Shown here: piece by piece, positions 1-14,549 of the stretch | Layout: each line of letters starts with the position of its first letter | How positions within the stretch are numbered: the stretch's first letter is position 1 | Assembly: GCF_009914755.1 (NCBI RefSeq) | Contig: NC_060937.1 | Strand: one strand, 5' to 3' | DNA from: the human T2T-CHM13v2.0 reference genome, Homo sapiens | DNA: 64,000 bases | The notes under the pieces: generated by a model | Seen by the model: only the letters and a program-made list of their open reading frames with translations | The model's database searches: none | What the model was told of the DNA's origin: nothing | Translations under genes and position numbers: made by a program

Positions 1-234
1 GTTCTCATTGTTAAATTCCTACCTATGAGTGAGAACATGCGGTGTTTGGTTTTTTGTCCTTGCGATAGTCTGCTCAGAATGATGGTTTCCAGCTTCATCC
101 ATGTCCCTACAAAGGACATGAACTCATCATTTTTTATGGCTGCATAGTATTCCATGATGTATGTGAGAAATGGTATCACTTTTACACTGTTGGTGGGACT
201 GTAAACTAGTTCAACCATTGTGGAAGACAGTGTG
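1..234 (-). mobile_element. L1PA (about L1PA4/5) 3' fragment with 5' inversion; runs off the window start
   Basis: 1-165 is antisense L1 ORF2 end/3'UTR (gagtgagaacatgcggtgtttgg...catagtattccatg). 165-234 is sense L1 (cacttttacactgttggtgggactgtaaactagttcaaccattgtggaagacagtgtg). Confidence 0.92.
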
Positions 235-1264
235 AGGAGCTTTTTTCTTTGAGGAAGAATTTGCTTAAATTTTTCTTTTACACCTTAGATTGTAATTGTC
301 ACTCTCCAGACATATCTATTAGGAATAGGAAAAGATTTCTCAGTAGTACAGACTCTAAATCTCTATAGATGGTGTTTGAATAATAATAAAAAGGATTATT
401 TGATTCTTGTCCTTGGCCTGAAAAAATGACACACTGGGGAGATCTCTAATTGGGTTGAATCTTGAAACAGGTACTTGAAATATAAAATAAAGTTTGTCTA
501 CTTGGACTCATTGAAGTTTTGTAAGATGTGATTTCATAAAATGACCAAGGACACAATTTTCCTGTAGCATTTTGATGCCTGTAGCCTTCTGGAGGAAATG
601 ATGTAAAACTGTAATAACATATTATGTTCCTCCTAATAGTATTCTTCAATATCAATGTATTACATAATTCTAAGTAATTAGAACAAGTAAATGTTTACCA
701 CTATTAGGGAAATTGAGTTTATCTCTATATAAGGGAAACTGTTTGTTCCCAACACTCTTGAACATTATGTCTTTGGACTCTTTTATTAAGTATAATTTAC
801 AAAATTTTAATAAATCTAAATAAAATCAATTTTGTGTGTTTTTCTATGATCTGCAAGAGACCATATTAATAGATAGGGCAACTTTATTTTGATGCATGAA
901 GTTAACTATTTGTTTTGGTGTTAATGTTACCTTACAGTATCTACGACTATGTATCAGCATTCTGAACTTTGCCATAACGTGATCTGATTATATAATGTAG
1001 GTTATTAAAATTTTTTAGCCTATTTAAGTGCTTTGTCCTAGTTATAGCTTTTTTTTCCATTAAGTTATCACAATAGTTTATAATAATTACTATTACTGCT
1101 TTACTGCTAATAATAATATATGAAAGAATGACATTAAATGCAGTTATAATTAGTTTCAAGTGAAGAGCAGTGTAGACTATTTCAAGTGTCATAACTCATG
1201 TGTTATTTCAGGTAGATCATACATATCATGTAGCTATGTTTAACCGTAGCTACCTATCATTTGT

Positions 1265-1269
1265 ATCTA

Positions 1270-1308
<39 letters not shown>

Positions 1309-1325
1309 CTCTATCTGTCATCTAT
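1265..1325. repeat. Compound tetranucleotide STR (TCTA/TCTG)n
   Basis: About 8 perfect TCTG units flanked by TCTA-like units. Confidence 0.95.
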
Positions 1326-1379
1326 CAATCATTTATCAGTTGAAGTAAAATAATAAGTAATTTTAATTGGAAAATAGCA

Positions 1380-1530
1380 TGGTATGTGAAACAATATGGG
1401 CTTTGAATTCAGACAGTACTTGATATCACCCCTGGCTCTACCTCTTTGCAGTTTTATGATAACTTTTAAGCAGCTGAATTTCTCTGTCTCAGTTGCTTTA
1501 TCAATAAATAACAGTAAGATAATAACTAAG
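1380..1530 (+). mobile_element. MIR SINE fragment
   Basis: ctttgaattcagacag...ctggctctacc...tctctgtctcagtt resembles the MIR core. Confidence 0.55.
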
Positions 1531-1568
1531 TCCATTTCTTTTCATTTCTGTGAGTAGTGTTGTCTTCT

Positions 1569-1717
1569 CAGTGCTTGTCAAATGTGAATGTGCATATCAG
1601 TTCCATGGGGATCTTGTTCTAATGCAGATTCTGATTCAGTAGGTCTGAGAAGGGGGCTCAAGATTCTGCATTTCTAATAAGCAGCTAGTCCACCTGACAC
1701 AGTTTAAGTAGCAGTGT
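1569..1717. mobile_element. MER5A/B hAT-Charlie non-autonomous DNA transposon
   Basis: ggggatcttgttctaatgcagattctgattcagtaggtctg...attctgcatttctaataagc is typical MER5. Confidence 0.7.
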
Positions 1718-1779
1718 TGAAATATACACTGGGATGCAGAGAGTTAGATGATGGGCTCAAGTGCATTTCTAGCATCTAA

Positions 1780-1903
1780 AGTGGAGATAATGACATATCT
1801 TTTGGAGAGTTATTGTGGCAATTACAGATAATAGATACGTAAAATGATTTCTCTGGCTTCTGCCACATGGAAGGAGCTCAGGAGGCATCATGATTGTGAT
1901 TAT
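1780..1903 (+). mobile_element. MIR 3' fragment
   Basis: ggagataatga...gttattgtggcaattacagataat...cacatggaaggagctcag. Confidence 0.45.
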
Positions 1904-2147
1904 CTTTTTAAGTATTATCTATGTGTTAATAAATTATTTCTGGTTCACACTGAAGCAGGTCCTAGCTGGGAGTACGACAGGAATTATTTTGTCCAGCCAC
2001 ACTTTTTACAGAAGAGAAAACTTAGACTTCCAGAAGGCAAATTTCCAAAAGACTGAAACTCTTTCCATCCCATTATTATACTTTCCTTGTCATAAAAGCT
2101 GAATGAATTTGAGATCTGAAATGCATAGAAAGAATTATTTAAATTTA

Positions 2148-2445
<298 letters not shown>

Positions 2446-5400
2446 TATGTATATATTTTTTTTCAAAGAGGACTAGGACTTAAAAGGCATTTAAACATAT
2501 AAGAGGACATTCCTACAAAGTTGTAAAATGTCAGTAAGAATGTGGACCTTTTGGGGCTATGATTACTTACTGTTTTGAATCATTCTTTTTGCTACTAAAG
2601 GTGGGAAAATGGTACATTCATGCAAAAATGACTTTAAACACTGTAATATGTATTCAAGAAAATCCTGTGCAGTGAACCAGATAAGCTAGGGCCATTCCTA
2701 CACCACATTGTAAAGGCTGGGATGTATGTTTTTAGCACCTCACTTTTCCCTTTCTGTGACCTTTTCCAATGATCATCTTTATCGCCAGGCACAGAATTTT
2801 CTCTCACCTACTGTGTTTTCCAACTCTCTAGGAGACACTGAGCTGATATACTCATTCATGCTTTAGAGATCAAAGAATGACTCCTTGTAGCTATATTTCT
2901 ATTAAAAACAACAAACACACTTCAAAGATTAGGGACTGTATTAATATTCATTTATTAGGATCTTCTTGGTTTCTTTCAAATAATATTATTAGAACTCTAA
3001 CTGTAATGCCTCTTTGGAAGACTAACTTCTACTGAGATTTTAAGATAACAGTAAAGGGCAGCCTCTGAAGGATATTTTTTTTCAGGTAACATTTCATAGG
3101 ATGTTATTTTGAATATTGGGTATTAGCTTCTTTGTTGTTTGTAGGTGATTGGAGAACAGAATCAGGGCTCGACGGGCTCAATAAATAATACCGTCTTATT
3201 TTTCCCTCCCCATTCTACCCAGGTATAGAAGCAGTTCAGAGATAGACATAAATCAGGACAGATATAGAAAATATTATCTTGTCACAGATGCAAATGAATT
3301 TAGGAAATTTAGATTTTTTAGCTAGGTGGATTTGCTAGCAATCTGCCGCTAAAGTAGGGAGATTCAGCCCAGTTAACTGGAGAGACCCAGTTACAGTCAG
3401 TGGCATCTCTGCACAGTATCAGATCTCCCCAAAGAGGGCCTGTCCCCAAATTACAGAATGGAGAAGCCTCTTTGGGCGGGCTGGCTGTTGTAAAATAGTG
3501 GAAGAAGAATAGAGCCAAGGTACCCATGCTGAGTTCCTGCTCCTAAGTTTACCAATCAGAAAATTCATACCTTTTCTTCTGGGGAAAATGTGGGAGGAGG
3601 AAAGAAAGGGGGTCAAGAAGGTTTTTCTTTTGTTTTTTTGTTTTTTGTTTTTGTTTTTTTAAGTGAATATCCCTTAACAATAAGAGATATATGTTCTTCC
3701 CTGACATTTTACAGCTTTATTCTCTTAATCCAGTAACTTAACCATAGGTCCAACATCTGTTTTTTAAAAGCTTACATCTTTTTGTCCCTCTCTGCCTGAT
3801 TCTTCTGTCTAACTCATTTAGTTCTGAACCTGGGCAGGAAACAGGGGACCTGTTTATTGGAATCACTGAAATTCATTATCCTGTGCATTGGACCAGAAAA
3901 CTTAAGCAAGACACAGAGTGGAATTTAGGGATGAATATACCAGCATAGCCAGAATGGGTGACTTAAGGCCTTAGGTATTGGCAAGTGTACCACTTTGGTT
4001 TTTGGTTTACATTACACAGATTTTTTAATTTGTGTGATTGTTTTTTAACTGATGGGGCCTGGCCAGTTACCTTCATACCTTAGGTTTAATGACATGGACC
4101 TTGACGCTATGCTTTAGGAAGTCTTTCACCAAACATATGTGACTGTTTTTGTACTGGCAGGTATACAGAATATGTCTTTAAAAATCACTAGCCATTTGGA
4201 AGCCAGAGCATGTGGCCTATTGGTAAACTGAACTACATAGGGAGGCAGAACCTAGTATGGACTCAAGGAACAGACATGCTTTAAAACATCAAAAAATAAG
4301 TGTTTTAGACCTCAAAACAAATAGTGCTTTGGTTAAAAAATATCTCAAGGTAGCTGAGCACTACGTGTGCCACAGAGCCCCACTGTGAGCTGCAACTCTT
4401 TTAAAACTGTGGGTAGGCAACGCTCAAAGGGAGGCTTTATCTCCCTTTCTTTGCAAGCAGGACAAAGTGAGTGAACTGGCAATTAAAAGCCTCTGTGTCT
4501 GTTGGTAGAAATTAGTTGTTTATGGACTCAAGGAGGAACCAAAGAGTTTGGGAAATACTCTTCAGTCTTACTATTAGGAGAAATAGTAAAAGAATAAGAC
4601 AAAAGGGAGGAAAACAGGCTGATTAAGCTGAAGGAAGAAAGAGATTTTTATTATGAAGAACTTGACAACTTAGAGAACCACCTGGAGAGATAGGAAAGGG
4701 AGTTGAGATGGTGAAGAAAGGCAAAGGAAGTCCAACCAAGGTCTTAAAAGTTTGTACTGTAGATATTAGAAAATGAGGCTCTGTTAGTTCTTACTGTATC
4801 AGAAGCACTAGCTAGAAATAGTAAAGTCTAGGGGAGGTAAAACCTCAGAAAGACAACTGGTACAATTGATCTAAATGGGTCCAGGACACTGTGGAGAGAT
4901 GTCCTTTTAAAACTGAAGCTTGAAAGATCGTAGTAGGTCCCTTGAGATTGAGTTGGCTATATCAAGTATGAAAACTCTGGACATATTTAAGATGTTAAAA
5001 TGATATCATTGTAAAATGATCATAGAATCGTTAGATGATTAGTGTGCAAGATGACACATTTACCGTGAGTCATCATTACAGGAATTGCCTGTGTCCTTAG
5101 GGAATATGCCCAAGAGATTTATGGAATTGGGGATCTAAGGGAAGGGACATGAGCAAGAAAGACAAGGCTTAATAGAGAGGATCCAGGTAACAGTGATAGT
5201 TTGAGTCTAAGATTGGTTTATCTATTCACCCAAAATTTTTGGTATTCTGAATGTGTTTATTTCATTTCATTATGGAAGATGAAAACAGGAGGGTTATATT
5301 AGAAAATAAAATATCTGGGCCAAAAAACAAAGGAAAATATAATGGAAAGAAGGCACTTGAACACAGCAAGCAGCACTGCCCTACCTGTGTTAGAGAAGGA

Positions 5401-5529
5401 AATGTGGAACCTCAAAGCGAAGTCAGTCACTTTAAACTTACCTGAGACTCTTGAAAGAAGTACAAAACAGTAGAGAGAAAAGATATATTAGGGGCATGGT
5501 CCATAGTGCAGGAAAACATGTAGCAAAAA

Positions 5530-5700
5530 AGAAATGCTGCCTAACTTCTAAAACAATCAAAAGCTGTTGAATGGTCACCTGAGGATCCTGACACAGGGCT
5601 ATGTCCTCCCTAATTCCCCAGGGTAACAGAATTTAGAAAGATTATCTGCATCTTCTGCCGAGGTAGTTCAGCTGAAACCCGTGTTGGAATAGGCCAAAGA
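5530..5700 (+). mobile_element. Possible L3/CR1 3' relic
   Basis: aacttctaaaacaatcaaaagctgttgaatgg... weakly resembles the L3 3' end. Confidence 0.3.
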
Positions 5701-8149
5701 GGACAGGTTTCTTAGGGATTAACAATTTTCTGGTGAGAGTTAGTTATCATAGCCTCCATGGCCTAGAGTGGAGCATACCCTCGACTAAACCTGAAGATGC
5801 TAGAAATATGGGGCTCAAATGAAAATGAGCATCAAGAAGTTTTGATTATGCAGAAATGAAAACAAAGATGCTACAAATTAGACTTGATGACTGGATTTGC
5901 TGTCGTTCTGTATTTCTAAATTTGTAGGAAAACAAGAATACCATTCTGGGAGAAGACAGTGGACATAGATGAATTTCCTCCTTCAGTGTTGCAAATGCTA
6001 AGGGCCCACTGTACCCTCTTGGTGCAAAATTGCTCTTGATTTTCAGTTGCCAGTATACATCCTCTGGACATCTGACATAGATGGATGTCATACTGGTGAA
6101 GCTGAGAATCTATTCCTTATTCCTCAGATGTCACTGGGTGTTGTTATGGTCTTTGGTAGTGGGTAAGTACTGGGTTCTAGGAATGCCATTTTTCCTGGAA
6201 CAACTAACCTAATGGCTAGAGATTGCATAAATTTATAAATTTTGTGAGTGTGGAGCCACTGTCATAACAGTCTTGTATGTTCTATTCACTCTGCCAATTC
6301 TTAAATGGTGAGAAACATATGTGATTTTGGTGTCAAACTAATTTTAAATTGAAGATGGTTCCTTGTGGAAGACAACTCAGGTTGGAGTTTCTGAAAAAAT
6401 CCAGTTTAACCTATGGGTTGAGTGTTCGTCTGGTTGACATCATGAAGAATAAGAAACTGAAGAACTTTAACTGATATTTGGACTTCCAATTTACCGTGTT
6501 TGAAATTTCAACATCAACATCTGGGGACTTTCAGGGCAAAGAATCTTCCTTTCCTTGGGCTACATGTAACCATGAGGAATGAAATCTACTAGAGTAAGAA
6601 TTTGAGTCTCTCCACTCTTTGCCTTACTCTTTACTCTCAGATGAGGATAATGACTTCCCTGATGGGTGGTTTTGGAAAAGGAGTTGAGCATCCTTAGCTC
6701 AACCTACTCATACTTAGAGTAAATTAGCCAGATATAATTAGCAAGTTCATTTAGCTGAAAATCTAATCCTTAAACACCAATATTGCTTTTATGAATAATA
6801 AAGCACACATTTGCTCTCCATCTGCCTGACTCCTAAGATTATCTCTCAGTTGGTGTCAAGCTTGTGTAGGGAATGAGGACATCATTTATTGGCTTCCTCA
6901 AACTTCACCTTTGAGAATCCTGATATTTCTTGATAGTGTGGATTATTTTGTTAATATTTATAATAGTAAAAATTCTTATTATTCAATAATCTATTTCTAA
7001 AATTGCTAAGGTTGATTAGGCATAAGACACTTCAGTAAATATAAAATATGTTGGGTATTAAGTGGAAAAAGAAAAATACAGAATCAAGATTTCGAATGAC
7101 AACTGGTCTTTGAAGTTGTCTATTCCTACCTAATATTTTTATGGGGGAATGGGGGATGGTTAAATAAGCTAAAACTGAGAAAAGATAAGATATTAGCTTA
7201 GGTCACACAGTCGATTTGTGAAAGAACAGTTTCTTTTTTTTTCTATAATCTTGATGTAAGTTGAGTTTATACTTGTTGAATTAGAAGAAAAATAAATGCT
7301 GACCAAAGTCTCATAAGTCTCATAAATCTTTTAAAACAAATCACCTAATTTAGCTCACTCTTCCGATCAAGTACGTTCTATTATTTATGGTACCCTGTTT
7401 ATACTTTTGGGAGTAATAATTTTTTTCCTACCATCTTTATTTCACTTGATAAATACTGATGTCTTTCTGTGTTTCTACTGGAGCTTGAAATTAATATAGT
7501 TTTATATACCAGTATTACCAATTATGTGAGCATCGTGATGGCTATAGGGCTTAACTAATGTTGAAAAGTAGCATAGGAGTAGATTACATTGTTAAAAAAA
7601 AGTGTTCCATTTAATAAATGCATATGATTAGGCTGAAGAGACAGAGAATAATTTATTCACAACAACATTCTTGCCACTGTTCCATTCTGGGGTCGCCAAC
7701 ATTTGTTTCCTGAGCTTTAAGAACTTAGACTCTTTAACTACTTGTTCTCCCTCATTTTGTCATTTTATGTGTTGCAGAATATATAATTTAATCCCTATAT
7801 GTGCATAGGATGCTATGCTCTGAAGTCAGAATTTTGCAGTAGAGTAAGACTTGAGAATTGAATGGAAGATTAATGTATTGAGACAGAGGGAAGTGATTTG
7901 GCCAGATTTGCATCCCCATTAAGTGGAGAACCCAGACTAGGGCCTCCAACCTTAATTTCTATTTTAATGTTCTGTTAGGTATTTTAATGAATGTATTTTC
8001 CAGAAAAAGCCCTTTTATTTTGTATAGAAGCCTAATATAAACTCATGTAAAAGTTTCCAGTAACAGAAAATTATAAAAATGAAAATACGAATTGGATATA
8101 ATTATTCAATTCATGTGTAACATGCATTAACCTTTGGTGTATATTTCTC

Positions 8150-9080
8150 CAGATAGCTTTTTCTGCTTGTTTACACCTACTATCCTAGAGGTATTTTTCA
8201 AATTAATGTAAATACCCATGTACTACTATGTGAAATATGAATGTGCTGGTTCATTTTATAGATACAGTATATTATTTTTAAACATCTTCCTGTTGGTGGG
8301 CATGTTTTCATCATCAGCATTTTCCTTTATGCTATCTGGTTATTCTAGCAATTAAAATACTAATGAATATTTTGCTTCAATGTCTTTATTATTATATTAT
8401 GTTACACTGATATCTTTAAATTACCTGAATGTATTGTAGTGAAGGCTGTGGGGTAGAGTTTCAGCTTTATATTTTCCAAGAAGATAATTAGTTTCCCACT
8501 GCTACTTCCTGAAAATTGCCTATCTTTTTTCTCCCCACTGATACACTGAAGCCAGGTATTCAGAGGTTTACACTTGCAGATAAACTTTAGAATTATATTG
8601 TCAGTTTCATATTTTTCACTCCCTTGGGATTTTATTGAATTTATAGATTTCATTTAGGGAGGAAATTGACATCTTTACAATGTAGAGTCTTCCTATTCAA
8701 GAAGAAGATGATATCTCTACATTTATGTGAGTCTTCTTTTATCTCCCTCAGTAGTTTTATAGTTTTTTTCATTACAGTTTCTGCACATTCTTATTGCTTA
8801 TTTTCTGTTTTGGTTGTTGCCGTTGGATCTATACAATTTATTTATATTTTTATTTAACAGCGTTAGGTATTCTGTATAGTTTCTTAGTATTTGGGATTTT
8901 CAAGTTATATGATACATCAAAAATCATTTTTCCAATCTTTCCAATATTTATGCTTCAATTTTATTGTTTAAAAAATTGCAATGTGAATGATAGCACCATT
9001 TACATATATCTTTCCCTTCTTTCTGATTTTAATGAAATGGCACAGATATGTTGTTTTATCCTTTAGCATCATGACTGTGT
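8150..9080 (-). mobile_element. Old L1M fragment (ORF2 3' half/3'UTR)
   Basis: Antisense L1 text (ttgacatctttacaatgtagagtcttcctattcaagaa). ORF 8402-8653 contains DNIILKFICK, similar to L1 ORF2 DKLILKFIWK. Confidence 0.75.
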
Positions 9081-9149
9081 CAAGAACATGTAGAATTAAG
9101 CCTATGATTTATAATCTATATAATATGGAAATCCTATTTTCATTAAAAA

Positions 9150-9258
9150 CATATATAGTGTATACACATTATATAAATATATTTTATATACATTATGTGT
9201 GTGTGTATATACACGTGTGTGCAGTGTGTGTGTATTTGTGTGTGTGTATTTGTGTGTA
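9150..9258. repeat. Degenerate (TA)/(TG) low-complexity tract
   Basis: Interrupted TATA and TGTG runs. Confidence 0.8.
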
Positions 9259-9468
9259 TCTCCTTTTAAAACAAAATCAAATTGCTATACAATAAGTCTT
9301 TTTGTCCTGTGATTACAGTAGACTTATAGTGGCATTTTATAGCCATGGATATACCATGGATAAATAAGAATAATTTACAGGTAAGATGATCTGCCTCACT
9401 GTACCAAGTACATCTCCCAGTGGCATGTTTTCCTGCTAAAATTCTGACTGAAAAGATTTCTGCTTCCA

Positions 9469-9781
9469 GGACCAAGTGCAGTGACTCATGCCCGTAATCC
9501 CAGTGCTTTGGGAGACTGAGGTAGGAGGATTGCTTGAGGCCAGCAGTTGGAGACCATCCTGGACAACAAAGCGAGACACTGTCCCTGCAAAAAATAATTA
9601 AAAAAAAAATTAGGCATGGTGGTGCGTGCCTGTAGACCTGACAACTCTGTAGGCTGAGATAGGAGCATTGCTCGAGTCCAGGCATTTGAGGCTGTAGTGA
9701 GCTATGATCCAGTACCCCTATACTCCAGTGGCAGAGGGAGATCTTGTCTCTAAAACAAACAAACGAACAAAACAAAAACAA
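9469..9781 (+). mobile_element. AluJ (Jo/Jr-like), full length
   Basis: ggaggattgcttgaggccag and gagctatgat are J-type; (AAAC)n tail; degenerate TSD aagatttctgcttcca / aagattttcttctttca. Confidence 0.93.
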
Positions 9782-11145
9782 TCAAGATTTCTTCTTTCAA
9801 TTAATGAATGTGCCTTATGTCAATGACTCATTTCTTAATTAAAATTAATGTGCTGAATTATTCAAGAAGTTTGACCTTTTACTATAAGTTAGAAAATTCC
9901 ATCTTAAATATATTGTAGAAAGGTTGAGGTCTGTACAGGCAGGTTGAAGGACAGTTACAAGGTTTTCATAGGAAACCTTCTTACCTATTTCTGGGACCTG
10001 GGAATGAAGGAGAATATAAGAGGCTGAGAAAAGTTTGTTAAAATTGGATTTAGGAGTTATAAAGTTGTATTTCTCATGAAGTGTACTTACATTATTTTCT
10101 GTGGTCAGGTTCAAATATCTCTTCCCCTAAAAGAGTGAGGGATAAATTCATGCGAGAGCCTAGAGATTTACATTTTAATTGTGAATGGGTGACCTTAAAA
10201 ATGTTAAATGTTTTCCAGAAAAAGACATTCCCAGGCAACAGTGGATCTTTTATTTTATTGTGCTTACTGTCTGTGGACAAGGGATATAGTCATGTAGGAT
10301 GAAAGGAAGTAGGTACCAAATGAATTCATATTTCTGGAAAGAACAAGAAGTGATAGTTGAGTTCAAGAAAAGCTATTACAGGACTGAAAATAGGGACGAA
10401 CAGGAGAAACGGCTTAAAAAGAGCTGGGAAACCCTGATACAGATAAGAGGAATATTGAATCCACCTATCCAAAAGTCCCACTGCTAAGGCGAAGAGAGAA
10501 AGGAGTGGTACAAAACAGTATTGGCCATAAAAGAGAATTCAAGGGGACCTTCGGTGGGAAGCAATCTTGACCTACAAAAATGAAGTTTAACTTTGATGCC
10601 TAAATTGGATTTTGTTTTCCAAGACCATGAGAGTGAGCACAGCACTGGACTGAGATGAAGACTCTACTCATTCTTCAAGAACTCCTCTGTGAAGCGGGCT
10701 GTCAGCCATTGCTTCTCCTGTATTCCCTCTATAAATGTGACTGCCTGATTTGTTTATACTTGATAGAAAGGAATTGTCTTATGCCTGAATAGAGGATAGC
10801 TCTATAATTGAATCAACAGGCAGAGAGAAAAAGGAAGAGCTCATGACAAAGGCAAATGTAGGAAAACAGCAAGGCCCAGAAGCAATCTCTGTTTTGCCTT
10901 TGACATAGGAGTAAAAAGCGAAGCTGAGAGAAAACAAGCACAGAAAGGGGCTGCTCACCTAGAAACCAGGTGGACAGTGGTGTACCTTCTGGCTCCTGGT
11001 ATTTCGTATATCAAACCTCAAGTCTAGTCACATATACGTATAAATTATGAAGACTTTCTTGTGTTTTCTCATTTCTAAATCTTTGTATTTTTCCTTATTG
11101 ATCTATTGCCAATGCCTTTTACTACTTTTCTTTGATTTACAATAG

Positions 11146-11511
<366 letters not shown>

Positions 11512-12569
11512 TAAGTTGAGGATTGGATTCAAAAAATTTTTTAAACAAGGACACATTTTTAAAGGAAATAATATACCCCAAATGAGAAAAAGCCCGTTAG
11601 CTAACGTATTATACCTCAATGTCCTATTTTCTAAAAAATTATTTATTAGCTTTTGGGATGAATTAATCTGTATGTTAAGCTGAGATTCAGCAAAACAAAA
11701 TAAGTAAATTAACTGAATTTGAACTCTTTTCTTACTTGAAAAATACAAAAAGGCAATGATGCTTAAAGAAAGTAAAGATAAATGTGAACAAAGTATGAAT
11801 AGCATTTTCTACATGCTTTGCATGAGCGAGTATATGAAAAACTGCCATAAACTTTACCTTATTTTATTTTAGTGGGTAATATGTTAAATTTAGAAAAAAT
11901 GTGAGTTATCTTTTCTTCTGTCCCTCTGTCTTGATTCTTCCCCAGCACAGGTGTGTGGAATATTTTAAAGTTTGTCTAAAGAAATAATTATTATAGGTAA
12001 ACAGATATAAGTGTATTGAGTTGGGCAAGATGTTTTTCCAGTTCCACCTCAAATGTGAGAAAAAAATAGCAGTGTGAAGCTTTGATTATGAAGTCTGGGA
12101 CATTCTTACTATAGGCAAATACTTTCAGAGTAGAGGGCCCATGAAGATTAATTTATGTTACAGAAACAAACTTTCTGATGATTCATAAACTGAATTTCTT
12201 AGTTCACTTTGTTATTTCTAAAGAAATTTGGTATGATTTGATATGTGACTACCCCCATGGTAACCAGATATAGCTTGCTCATGCATTTATCGTAATTGAC
12301 GTCAAAGAAGTGATACTTCCTTGTTGCTCTAAATATCTTCCCTGGAGTCTAAGAACTTACTCTAATTGAGTCAATTGGCATCCTTCACGGATTTTTTTCT
12401 AACTTCAATTGCACTTAATCTTTCATTGTTACCCAAGAAGTCCTGCAGTAGGTAAAATAATAGAGTCATTCTGACGCAGTCACAGTCCTGGGCCGAAAGG
12501 GATGGTGGCCAGGCTCTCTAGCAACATATTATGCATTTATTTTCTTCATTGTGTTCCTATTCATGGAGG

Positions 12570-12786
12570 ACATATAGTATTCAGGTGTTTTCTAAGTTCT
12601 TCACAAGCATTATTTGATTTCAATCTTGATACAACCCTGAAAAGTAGGCTTTATTGTCTTCATTTTACAAAGAAGGGAAACGAGTTTAAGAGAGATTAAA
12701 TATAAAGTAAAATACAAGGCAAGGAATTAAACCTAAGTCCTTCAGATTCCAAGGCTTGGGTTTTATTCACTATGTCAAGTTGTCCC
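12570..12786 (-). mobile_element. MIR SINE
   Basis: cattttacaaagaagggaaacgag...agagagattaaat is antisense MIR core. Confidence 0.7.
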
Positions 12787-13379
12787 TGTGTTGCTATATT
12801 TTGGTTCTCATACTCTTTTTTTTTTCATTGTCTTTTGGGAAGAAATATAAATAATACCCATAAAAGCTAGCTTTCTGTTCTTTAAAGCAAGTCAAATGAA
12901 TGGTTAATTTTTTTCTAAGTATTTATATAGAATTAACTTTATGTTTAAAATACAGAGAGATTCCGCATAGCAAAAGAAACTATCATTGGAGTGAACAGGA
13001 AACCTACAGAGTGGGAGAAAATTTTTGCTCTCTATCTATCTGATAAAGGTCTAGTATCTAGAATCTACAATGAACTTAAACAAATTTACAAGAAAAATGA
13101 CCCATTAAAAAGTGGGCAAAAGACATGACAGATACTTCTCAAAAGAAGACATTCATGTGGCCAAGAAACATGATAAAAGCTCAACGTTCATGATCATTAG
13201 ATAAATGCAAATCAAAATCACATTGAGATACCATCTCACGCCAGTCAGACTGGCAATTATTAAAAAGCCAAGAAACAACAGATGCTGGTGAGGTTGCAGA
13301 GAAATAGGAATACTTTCACACTGTTGGTAGGAGTGTACATTTGTTCAACCATTGTGGAAGATGGTGTGGTGATTCCTCA

Positions 13380-13736
<357 letters not shown>

Positions 13737-13845
13737 CTATGCAGCCATAAAGTGGAATTAGATCATGTCCTTTGCAGGGACATGGATAGAGCTGGAAGCC
13801 ATTATCCTCAGCAAACTAACACAGGAACAGAAAACCAAACACTGC

Positions 13846-14351
<506 letters not shown>

Positions 14352-14549
14352 TCACCATGGCACACATTTACCTATGTAGCAAACCTGCACATACTGCAGA
14401 TGTCCTGGAACTTAAAAATAAAATACATAAATATTCTCTTCTAAAGGTTTGCACTTCATAGGAAATTTTGTTTTGTTATAGAACATCAACACTATTCACC
14501 CAGTACATGGTATCATATTTAGTTTATCAGGAGTTACCTACAAGTTAGA

